A stretch of DNA of 46,360 nt from contig CAMZDZ010000001.1 in NCBI GenBank assembly GCA_947305535.1, forward strand, positions 1 through 46,360, read 5' to 3'. Position 1 is the stretch's first letter. Each line of letters begins with the position of its first letter. A program made the translations under genes and the position numbers. Source of the DNA: an uncultured Fibrobacter sp. Lineage in GTDB: Bacteria > Fibrobacterota > Fibrobacteria > Fibrobacterales > Fibrobacteraceae. Under the pieces are notes generated by a model, which saw only the letters and a list, made by a program, of their open reading frames with translations, searched no databases and was not told where the DNA came from. This document shows positions 1-7,234 of the stretch, one piece after another.

Positions 1-2
1 TC

Positions 3-218
3 GCTTTTGTCGGTCTGGAAAGGATGAGCGGTGTTGTCGTGTTCAACATTACGAATCTCGACAATCCGAAGATTATCGACTACTACATGGACCCGAAGGA
101 TCGTGGCCCCGAAGGCCTTCTGTTCATTCCCGAGGAACAGAGCCCGGTTCCCGGCAAAGCACTGCTAGTCGTCGGCTACGAATACAGCAAGACGCTGACG
201 ATTTATACTGTTAAATAA
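3..218 (+). CDS. C-terminal end of a choice-of-anchor I / alkaline-phosphatase-associated beta-propeller protein (5' truncated by window)
   Basis: Open frame from the window edge: AFVGLERMSGVVVFNITNLDNP...DRGPEGLLFIPEEQSP...LLVVGYEYSKTLTIY, the typical ChoI-type C-terminus; overlaps the hrpB stop convergently. Confidence 0.7.
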   Translation, partial: AFVGLERMSGVVVFNITNLDNPKIIDYYMDPKDRGPEGLLFIPEEQSPVPGKALLVVGYEYSKTLTIYTVK

Positions 219-2805
219 CGCTCTCCGGCCAGGGGTGCTTGGGGTAGCGGCCGCGTAGTTCCTTGCGCACTTCGGCGTAGGTGTTCTGCCAGAATCCCGT
301 CAGGTCCCATGTCTTTTGGATTGTGCGGAAGTTCGGTGCGAGGATGTCGTACCGGACTTTTAATTTGCCGTCGGCAATCCTGTGTTCGCCGCGGAGCTGC
401 ATGAAGTCCTCGATGCGGGCCGAAATTTCGACGAGGACGCCTTCGATACTTTGTACGGACTTTCCGCTGTCGTCGATGGCGACGGCCTGGTAGCTGTACC
501 GCGCGCGCTTGCCGTTCGGGAGCACGTAATGGTCGGGGAAGGTCTTGGTGAGCCAGGCGAGCATGGACTTGCCGAAGTATTCCTCGACAATGTGGCGGAA
601 ACGGTCTTCGTTGATGTCGCGCAGCAGGAAAATCCCGCTCGCGAATTCGTCGAAAATCAGTTCCATGTCCTCTTCGTTGAATTCGGACAGGCCGTATTCG
701 GGATAGAGCTTCGCGGCGAGGCGCATCTTGACGAGCTGCGTCTGCATGGATTCGGTGAGGTAGCGGCCGCTCCAGTTTTCCTTCTCGATCTTTTCGCGCC
801 AGGCGTCGACGGTGAGTTCCTTGAGCGCGGCGAGGACCTTGGGCGAAGCTTCCTGCGGGATGATTTCCTTGCGGGAAAGTTCCGTCGTGGAGCCGTCTGC
901 GTTTTCTGTCTCGCTGATTTCTACGCCGATGAATCGTTCCTGGCCGCTGCGCCACAGGAGTTCGTAGCGAGTCTTTGCGGTGCTTCCGCCGAGCATGTCC
1001 TGGGTGATGGGGGCGTACAGGTTGACCTTGAGTTCCGACTTGCTTCCGCCTCCGGTGCGTAGCATCGTGAGCGCGAGAATCGCATAGGGCGGCTCGGCGA
1101 CCTGCAGGCGGATGATGTTCTGGTTCGCAAGCTTGTATGCAGAACCGCTCGGCGTCGCCAGCCTGTCGGGGAAGGCTTTGAGGAGACTATGAACGACGAG
1201 GCGTGAAGTGTTGGAATGGGTAGAATTGTCATTGCGAGCCTCGTTAGAGGCGTGGCAATCTATTCTCTCGTCTAACCCATCGCGGTAGTCTCGCAGTTGC
1301 CTGAAAGTAAAGCTCACTTCGCGCGGGACGTTGATGCTCTTGGAGAGCGTATCGGCGGCAAGCGTGAGGATGTCCTGCGATACCTTGGATTTTTGCAGTG
1401 CCTCGGTGCCGGAGTGTATCCATGCGAGTGCCGCGAGCAGAAGGTCGGGGAGGTCGGCCTTGCTCTGCGCGGAGGCGAGCAGCAGCGCGAGCGGGATGCT
1501 TGAAATAGGAGTGCGGATGGCCTTGAGACCGAGTTCCGTGATGGCGCCGTCCTTGAGCATCCCGAACCCTTCGAGCAGTTTTGTGGCGGTCTGGGCGCGC
1601 GCTTCCGGAATCGCCGTCGGCAGCTCAATTCTCGCATCTTGTTCCTCGGGCCTTGAGCCTGGAGCCTCGGACCTCTCTAGCGCCGCCTTCTGCAACAGCA
1701 GTTCCGACGGTTCAATCTGCAGCACTTCGGGCACGATTCCCCTGGGCATCCTCTTTTCGGATTCCTCGCTCCACAGGCGGATGGCGCATCCGTTCTGCGT
1801 ACGGCCGCTGCGGCCGCTGCGCTGGATGGCGTTCTGCATCGAGATGGGCATGGTGCGCAGCACGTTCACTTTCTCGCTGTCGTCGTAGAGGCTCACGCGT
1901 TCGATGCCGCTGTCGACGACGCCCGATACGTTCGGGACGGTGATGGAGGTTTCTGCGATATTCGTGGTGAAGATGACGCGCGGACGCTCGGTCACTTCGA
2001 AGATGCGGTCCTGCGTTTCGCGGTCCTGGCCTCCGTAGAGCTCCAGGAATTCGGCGCAGTTGTTGCCCAATGCTTCGGAGGCGGCGCTGTGGCAGCGGGC
2101 GATTTCGGCCTTGCCCGGGAGGAAAACCAGCGTGGTCTGCCAGATGTTGTTGCGGTAGAGCGTCCGGAGAGCCCGCACCACTTCGGCGTCAATGCCTACG
2201 CCCGAAACGAGCGAATTGCCCGTGGCGGGGGCCTGGTGGATAATTTGTACGGGGTACAGCGGGTGGCCGAGGCTTAGGCACTTGACGCCGAGAACCGCTT
2301 CGAGCTCCTCGCGGTTCAGCGCCGCCGACATCACTGCAATCCTCGGGCCTCGATCCTCGAACCTCTCTCGTCTCTCGTCTCTCGTCTCTCGTCTAAAGAA
2401 CCCAAACAGCAAGTCCATGTCGGCCTTGCGCTCGTGGTATTCGTCGAACACGACCCAGTCGGCGTCCATCTTGCCGTGCAGCAGTTCCTGCAGAAAATTT
2501 CCGTACGTCTGGAAGAGTATGCGCGTGCCTTCGCTCTTGCAGCTTTCCTGCCTGAACTGGTAGCCGACCGTCTTGCCGCAGGGCTCCCCGTGGAGCTTCG
2601 CCGAAAACTGCGCCAGCGCGAGGGCGGCGATGCGGCGGGGCTGCAGCACGACGACGCGGCCCTTGCAGTGCTTGCTTAAAAAGTAGGGGATGAACAGCGA
2701 CTTGCCCGAGCCCGTGGGCGCCTCGATAAGCAGGTTGCGGGACTGCCCGATCGCAGCCTCCAGCTTTCCTTCTTCTTCTGCTAGAGCTAAATCACTGTAT
2801 TTCAT
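211..2805 (-). CDS. hrpB: ATP-dependent RNA helicase HrpB
   Basis: Walker A APTGSGKS, QPRRIAA, DEYHER, TNIAETSITV, QRSGRSGR, and the HrpB C-terminal DLTGFWQNTYAEVRKELRGRYPKHPWP. Confidence 0.93.
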   Translation of the reverse strand: MKYSDLALAEEEGKLEAAIGQSRNLLIEAPTGSGKSLFIPYFLSKHCKGRVVVLQPRRIAALALAQFSAKLHGEPCGKTVGYQFRQESCKSEGTRILFQTYGNFLQELLHGKMDADWVVFDEYHERKADMDLLFGFFRRETRDERRERFEDRGPRIAVMSAALNREELEAVLGVKCLSLGHPLYPVQIIHQAPATGNSLVSGVGIDAEVVRALRTLYRNNIWQTTLVFLPGKAEIARCHSAASEALGNNCAEFLELYGGQDRETQDRIFEVTERPRVIFTTNIAETSITVPNVSGVVDSGIERVSLYDDSEKVNVLRTMPISMQNAIQRSGRSGRTQNGCAIRLWSEESEKRMPRGIVPEVLQIEPSELLLQKAALERSEAPGSRPEEQDARIELPTAIPEARAQTATKLLEGFGMLKDGAITELGLKAIRTPISSIPLALLLASAQSKADLPDLLLAALAWIHSGTEALQKSKVSQDILTLAADTLSKSINVPREVSFTFRQLRDYRDGLDERIDCHASNEARNDNSTHSNTSRLVVHSLLKAFPDRLATPSGSAYKLANQNIIRLQVAEPPYAILALTMLRTGGGSKSELKVNLYAPITQDMLGGSTAKTRYELLWRSGQERFIGVEISETENADGSTTELSRKEIIPQEASPKVLAALKELTVDAWREKIEKENWSGRYLTESMQTQLVKMRLAAKLYPEYGLSEFNEEDMELIFDEFASGIFLLRDINEDRFRHIVEEYFGKSMLAWLTKTFPDHYVLPNGKRARYSYQAVAIDDSGKSVQSIEGVLVEISARIEDFMQLRGEHRIADGKLKVRYDILAPNFRTIQKTWDLTGFWQNTYAEVRKELRGRYPKHPWPESVI
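1227..1274. repeat. REP/RPE-like palindromic element plus one TCTCGTC unit, inside hrpB
   Basis: TGTCATTGCGAGCCTCGTTAGAGGCGTGGCAATCT folds as ATTGC..GCCTC-GTTA-GAGGC..GCAAT and is followed by TCTCGTCTA; encodes LDERIDCHASNEARND. Confidence 0.7.
1644..1680. repeat. Degenerate CCTCGAR heptamer array inside hrpB
   Basis: CCTCGGG CCTTGAG CCTGGAG CCTCGGA CCTCTCTAG; encodes LERSEAPGSRPEE. Confidence 0.7.
2341..2395. repeat. Composite heptamer array (CCTCGNN)x3 + (TCTCGTC)x4 + TA inside hrpB
   Basis: CCTCGGG CCTCGAT CCTCGAA CCTC then four exact TCTCGTC (2366-2393); encodes RRETRDERRERFEDRGPR. Confidence 0.9.
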
Positions 2806-2827
2806 TGTCTAGAATAGGGGGCTTTGC

Positions 2828-2916
2828 TAGACGAGTGAAAAAGGATGGCGCTTCGCATAAGTACGAAAAAGTTCTCTCGTCTTTCGTCTATCAGAGCGCA
2901 GCGGTCTCTCGTCTAG
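2828..2916. repeat. Intergenic TCTCGTC-family element
   Basis: TAGACGAG (2828) inverted relative to TCTCTCGTC TTTCGTC TA (2873-2890) and TCTCTCGTCTAG (2905-2916). Confidence 0.7.
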
Positions 2917-2919
2917 TTC

Positions 2920-3384
2920 CTACCTCGGGTACTTCAGCTTCTCGCCGGTGGCGGCGTCCATGTAGGGCGGCTTGCCTTCGCGGAACTTCTGGTTGATGAC
3001 GAGGTTCTCGATACGGCGGCGCAGACCCTGCTCTGTCTTGCAGAAGAAGTACACGACCTTGTTGGTGCCGGGCACGAGGAACATGGCGAGCTTGTACTTC
3101 TGGCGGACGGCACGGCGGAAGAACATCATGTCCTCTTTCTTGGGAATGACGAGGTTGCTGCCTTCCTTGGTCTCGCAGATCATGTCGGCGTCGGCGAGCA
3201 GGGCCTTGGACTTCTGCTTGAGGGCGGCGAAGTTCGGCTCGGTGTTCTTCTTGATGGTATCGAGGCTGAACGCTCCGCCACCTTCCTTGAGGGCCTTGCG
3301 GACGCCGCGGAAAGCGAACACGGCAAGGACGATGACGACCAGTGCGACAAGATACGGCCAGTAGTTGGCGAGAAAATCTAACAT
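2920..3384 (-). CDS. Hypothetical protein with N-terminal membrane anchor
   Basis: Hydrophobic YWPYLVALVVIVLAVFAF, GAGG SD, host-like codon usage. Confidence 0.75.
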   Translation of the reverse strand: MLDFLANYWPYLVALVVIVLAVFAFRGVRKALKEGGGAFSLDTIKKNTEPNFAALKQKSKALLADADMICETKEGSNLVIPKKEDMMFFRRAVRQKYKLAMFLVPGTNKVVYFFCKTEQGLRRRIENLVINQKFREGKPPYMDAATGEKLKYPR

Positions 3385-3508
3385 AGGGACCTCGGGGGTT
3401 CTGTTTTACGCCCGCAAATATAGAAATCTTGTAGATTGTTTGTTGCCCATGGTCCGCCGAAGAACATAAATTCTATCTTTTTCGTTAATGCGATTGCTGT
3501 TGTACACT

Positions 3509-4042
3509 ATGCGTAAAAGAGGCTTCGGAGTAATCCTGCTGCTGTCCTTGGCGTGCTTGAGCGCTTGCTATCATTATTCGGACGTCGAACAGGACATAGG
3601 CGGGTCTTCGTACAGGATGACTTCTTCTGCCTTTTTGGATAGTCTTGCTGGCAATAGTGTAGATTCGACGTATGAAGTCTGGTGGGAAAGCAGCTTTGGC
3701 AAAGGCGAAGTCAAGTTTCGGGTTTGGAAAAATTCAAACGTTCTGTTTGTAGAATTTCTAGGATGTAAAACATATAAGTGTCTCGATGCAAAAAAGGTGG
3801 TTGTCTATGACGAGAATTACCGGTATGCGAAAGTTTTCTATCCGGACCAATTCAAGATTACAGTACCCAAAGAAAAATTTTTCGATGGACACGGTGATTG
3901 CGATATCCGTAAGGACCTCTTTTTTGATGTCGTCATTGACCAGGAAGACTTTAAAATCGACTGGACCGTGAAATACGGTGCCGTTACGTGTGAAGAATTC
4001 GTTTATGATGGAATTCCGACAGATTGGTCGCCAGGGTGGTAA
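3509..4042 (+). CDS. Hypothetical lipoprotein (AT-richer islet; alternative start 3488)
   Basis: MRKRGFGVILLLSLACLSAC lipobox-like signal. Confidence 0.65.
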   Translation: MRKRGFGVILLLSLACLSACYHYSDVEQDIGGSSYRMTSSAFLDSLAGNSVDSTYEVWWESSFGKGEVKFRVWKNSNVLFVEFLGCKTYKCLDAKKVVVYDENYRYAKVFYPDQFKITVPKEKFFDGHGDCDIRKDLFFDVVIDQEDFKIDWTVKYGAVTCEEFVYDGIPTDWSPGW

Positions 4043-4045
4043 TCG

Positions 4046-4981
4046 ATGAGAATGGTCCGGTTCCTTTGTTGCGTTTGTGCGTTTCTGTTTATTGCATCCT
4101 GTAGCGGAGGCGATGATTTTGCAACGCATACGATGACTCCTGCGGATGCTCGGTCGCCTGTTGTTGTTGCTGATTCCCTGGTTATCGGGGCTTTTGTCAC
4201 AGATTCCATTATCGTGATGTCGGTATCGGTTTATGAGGTGGATGATTCCCTGAATGAAGTCAGGAAGGTCTTTTCGAAAGAGGGAAAGTACGCCTGCTAC
4301 CAACAGTGCATTACGGATTCCGTGCATTCGCAAACGGGCTATATGAAGATTGCGATTGAGGCCGTGCCTAGGGATAGTTCCATTGCAAAGATCTCCCTTC
4401 ATAGCTATTTTGATTTCAAAGAGGATTTTATCGCAGGCACGGGAGTCTATTCGGCTTTACTGACGAAACGTGTAGAGCGGCTTGTTCGTGAAGAGGGCCT
4501 GCCGTTGAATATTGCCTTGAATGTTGCCGAACACCAGATGCCCGCTTTTTTCAACTACGAGAATGTCGGGACCGGGTGTACTGGGAAAAAAATGATGAAT
4601 CTGCTGTTGAAAGCGGATGAGAGCGGCGGAGCATTCTATAACGCCTTTGAGGGAATGTCCAATAAACTGGCCGAAAGAGGCTATTATGATGATCGTTCGC
4701 TCGAAATTCACTTGGCGGACAGCCTGCTTTCTCTTTACGAGAATGGCGCTTGGAATGTGCAGGAACAATTTGAGAAAGTCCAGTGCTTCGCCTATTTTTG
4801 GCAAAGGGCGTATGATTTTTCGTGGTGCGGCAATCCCGGTGACAAACTTTGGAATAAAACGGAAGGAAAGTACGCTCACAGGGCTTTTGCCTGTAATGTA
4901 GATAAGTATATTTTCGCGAATAATGCTTATGAGTATTTACGGTATTGGCTCCCCGTTGATGAATCAGAAGGTGAAGAGTAA
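4046..4981 (+). CDS. Hypothetical lipoprotein resembling the N-terminal region of Fibrobacter paralogous lipoproteins
   Basis: Lipobox FIASC; GAFV..SVYEVDD and LLTKRVERLVREEG..AE segments. Confidence 0.65.
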   Translation: MRMVRFLCCVCAFLFIASCSGGDDFATHTMTPADARSPVVVADSLVIGAFVTDSIIVMSVSVYEVDDSLNEVRKVFSKEGKYACYQQCITDSVHSQTGYMKIAIEAVPRDSSIAKISLHSYFDFKEDFIAGTGVYSALLTKRVERLVREEGLPLNIALNVAEHQMPAFFNYENVGTGCTGKKMMNLLLKADESGGAFYNAFEGMSNKLAERGYYDDRSLEIHLADSLLSLYENGAWNVQEQFEKVQCFAYFWQRAYDFSWCGNPGDKLWNKTEGKYAHRAFACNVDKYIFANNAYEYLRYWLPVDESEGEE

Positions 4982-6355
4982 ATGGATTGTCTGCGATTGA
5001 CGAAGTTCTGGGTCCTGGGCATGCTTTTTTTGTGTGGCTCCGGAATAGCCTTTGCCGAAGGGGACGCTCCTTCGACGGAATCTTCTGGTTCGTGCGCTGA
5101 CGGCGTGGTGGTGTCATCCATTGAATTCAAGGGCCTGGAACATACGAAGCCGCGCGTCGTGGAACGTGAGTTGTTGAACAAGGTGGGCGAGCCGTACTCA
5201 TCCGAGAAGTTCAAGGCCGAAAAGCTCCGCCTGCAAGACCTCGACCTGTTCACCGAAATCACCGTTGCCTGCGCCCCCTCGAGCCTCGAGCCTCGAACCT
5301 CGAACCTTGTTTACTCTTTCAAGGAAATCTTCCGCTGGATTCCCTCCCCGGCGGGCAAGGAGACGGACCGCGACGGGCTCATGCTCGGCCTTGCCCTTGC
5401 GAACCTCAACGTGCTTGGCGAGGATATCCGTGCCGAGGTGCAGTACCGCACTTCGACCGACCCGTTCCTGGACAACAACGAGTATGCGTTGTATGTGAGT
5501 TCTCCTTACTTGCTCGGGCTCCCGCTCGGCTGGAATTTCGAGTTCCTGAGGACCGACAGCTATGACGATCTTCGCGGTTACCAGGACGACAGCTGGCTTG
5601 TCGACCTGGACCTGGATTATGCGCTTTTCCCCCATCTCTCCCTCCTGGGGACGCTTGCGGGTAGAAACTTGGACAAGGCTGCGTTCCTGCCCGAATTCGG
5701 TCTGGGCTTTGCCTTCGATTACCGCGACAGTAAGCTCGACACGCGCAAGGGCGTGTATTACGAATACATGCTGACTCACGTGGGCGGCATGGACGACTCC
5801 GGCGATGCCTGTGAAGTCGCTTGCGGAAAAATGGGGGGCGAGAACTACTGGGAACTCCTGACGGACGCCCGCGCCTATTTCACCTTGAGCCGTTTCGTGA
5901 CCGGCGCGACTGCGCTCGTGCGCTTCCGTCCGGGTGACGTGAAGTTCTACGACTACTATTACCATGGTGGGCCGAATACCTTCCGTGGCCGCGGCGGCAC
6001 GCCTATTGGCGGGCAAGAGGATGCTGCCGATTCTGTGCGCTTGGGTGTTCACGAGGCCTTGCTCACGTTCGAAGAGCGATTCGTGCTGATGGAACGCCAT
6101 GCGGCAAGCGTTTTGGGGGTGAACTTCTTTTACGGGGTGCAGCTGGTGGCCGGCCTCGACGGAAGCCTCCTGTGGGACAAGGGCCACCCCGGTTGGGATG
6201 ATTACGAAGGGGCCGTCTATGGCGGCGTCCATCTGGTAATCCCCGCCCTGGACCGGATCCGTTTTGAAATCGGCTATAGGCCCGATAGGGGGGAACCTGC
6301 TTTCTACTTCGGGCTGTTCGACAAGGTCATTTCGTCTCGCTGGCGCAGTCGTTAA
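4982..6355 (+). CDS. Omp85/BamA-TamA family outer membrane protein (single POTRA + barrel)
   Basis: Signal peptide; POTRA VSSIEFKGLEHTKPRVVEREL..GEPYS; NLNVLG, DYRDSKLDTRKG and GGPNTFRG barrel motifs. Confidence 0.85.
   Translation: MDCLRLTKFWVLGMLFLCGSGIAFAEGDAPSTESSGSCADGVVVSSIEFKGLEHTKPRVVERELLNKVGEPYSSEKFKAEKLRLQDLDLFTEITVACAPSSLEPRTSNLVYSFKEIFRWIPSPAGKETDRDGLMLGLALANLNVLGEDIRAEVQYRTSTDPFLDNNEYALYVSSPYLLGLPLGWNFEFLRTDSYDDLRGYQDDSWLVDLDLDYALFPHLSLLGTLAGRNLDKAAFLPEFGLGFAFDYRDSKLDTRKGVYYEYMLTHVGGMDDSGDACEVACGKMGGENYWELLTDARAYFTLSRFVTGATALVRFRPGDVKFYDYYYHGGPNTFRGRGGTPIGGQEDAADSVRLGVHEALLTFEERFVLMERHAASVLGVNFFYGVQLVAGLDGSLLWDKGHPGWDDYEGAVYGGVHLVIPALDRIRFEIGYRPDRGEPAFYFGLFDKVISSRWRSR
5277..5307. 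repeat. CCTCGAR heptamer array inside the Omp85 gene
   Basis: CCTCGAG CCTCGAG CCTCGAA CCTCGAA CCT; encodes PSSLEPRTSNL. Confidence 0.85.
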
Positions 6356-6367
6356 GCGATCCCTCAC

Positions 6368-6398
6368 TTGACTAATTCGCCTAGAAATGTTAAATTTG
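6368..6398 (+). promoter_or_regulatory. Sigma70-type promoter of ppa
   Basis: TTGACT-17 nt-TAAATT with extended TG, followed by TG. Confidence 0.65.
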
Positions 6399-6458
6399 CG
6401 TTAACATTTTTGAAAATTAGGAATATGGGCCCGACGTGGGCTCCTTTGGAGAAAATAG

Positions 6459-7049
6459 ATGTCAATAAATTACCTAGATCTCCCCATTGGACGCAAGTAC
6501 CCCTACGAGGTGGAATGCGTGGTGGAAATCGGCAAGGATACAAGCCTCAAGTACGAATATGACGAGCGCCTGCACGTGTTCCGCCTGGACCGCTGCCTGC
6601 TCAGTTCCATGAGCTATCCTTGCACATACGGCTTTATCCCGAGCACCAAGGCCGACGACGGCGACGCGCTCGATATGCTTATCTACAGCCCGGCCTCGAT
6701 GATGACGGGCACCGTCTGCACCTGCCGCGTCATCGGCGCTCTCGACATGACTGACGGCGGCAAGAAGGACTACAAGGTGTTGGGCGTCCCCGTATTCAAC
6801 CCGCGCCCTATCAAGGACATTGCCGACGTGGACCAGATGTTCCTGCGCATCACCAAGAACTTCTTCCAGAACTACAAGGAACTGGAAGGCAAGGATGTGC
6901 AGATCGGCGAATGGCAGGACGCCTCGTTCGCCCGCGAAAAGGTAATCGCCGCCCACCGCGCCTATTTCCAGAACCAGGTGCAGATTCCCGATACATATTA
7001 CCAGGAACCGGAACACGGAGATCATCTCCCGCCCGAAGAACTCATCTAG
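6459..7049 (+). CDS. ppa: Inorganic pyrophosphatase (family I)
   Basis: KYEYD, LDR, YPCTYGFIP, DDGDALD, D.G.KDYK, FFQNYKELE motifs. Confidence 0.95.
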   Translation: MSINYLDLPIGRKYPYEVECVVEIGKDTSLKYEYDERLHVFRLDRCLLSSMSYPCTYGFIPSTKADDGDALDMLIYSPASMMTGTVCTCRVIGALDMTDGGKKDYKVLGVPVFNPRPIKDIADVDQMFLRITKNFFQNYKELEGKDVQIGEWQDASFAREKVIAAHRAYFQNQVQIPDTYYQEPEHGDHLPPEELI

Positions 7050-7071
7050 AGCGGGTTGGTTCTATTTGATG

Positions 7072-7102
7072 GGCTGTTTTCTTCGGAAAATGGCCTTTTT
7101 TT
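7072..7102 (+). terminator. Rho-independent terminator
   Basis: GGCTGTTTTC-TTCG-GAAAATGGCC then T7. Confidence 0.85.
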
Positions 7103-7234
7103 GTGCGTAAACATGTGATTTTCTTTGCATTTTGCGAAAAAAAAGGGGTGTGAATGTTTGAAAGTCCATAAAAAGATGTATTTTTGTAAGCAACTAGTTA
7201 CAATTCTATAGTAGGTCTGCCTACGGGAGTAAAG

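Noticed and set aside
2341..2395. Heptamer arrays as CRISPR or assembly artefact
   Set aside because: No spacers or cas genes; arrays recur at independent loci with variant units and preserve reading frames, unlike typical artefacts
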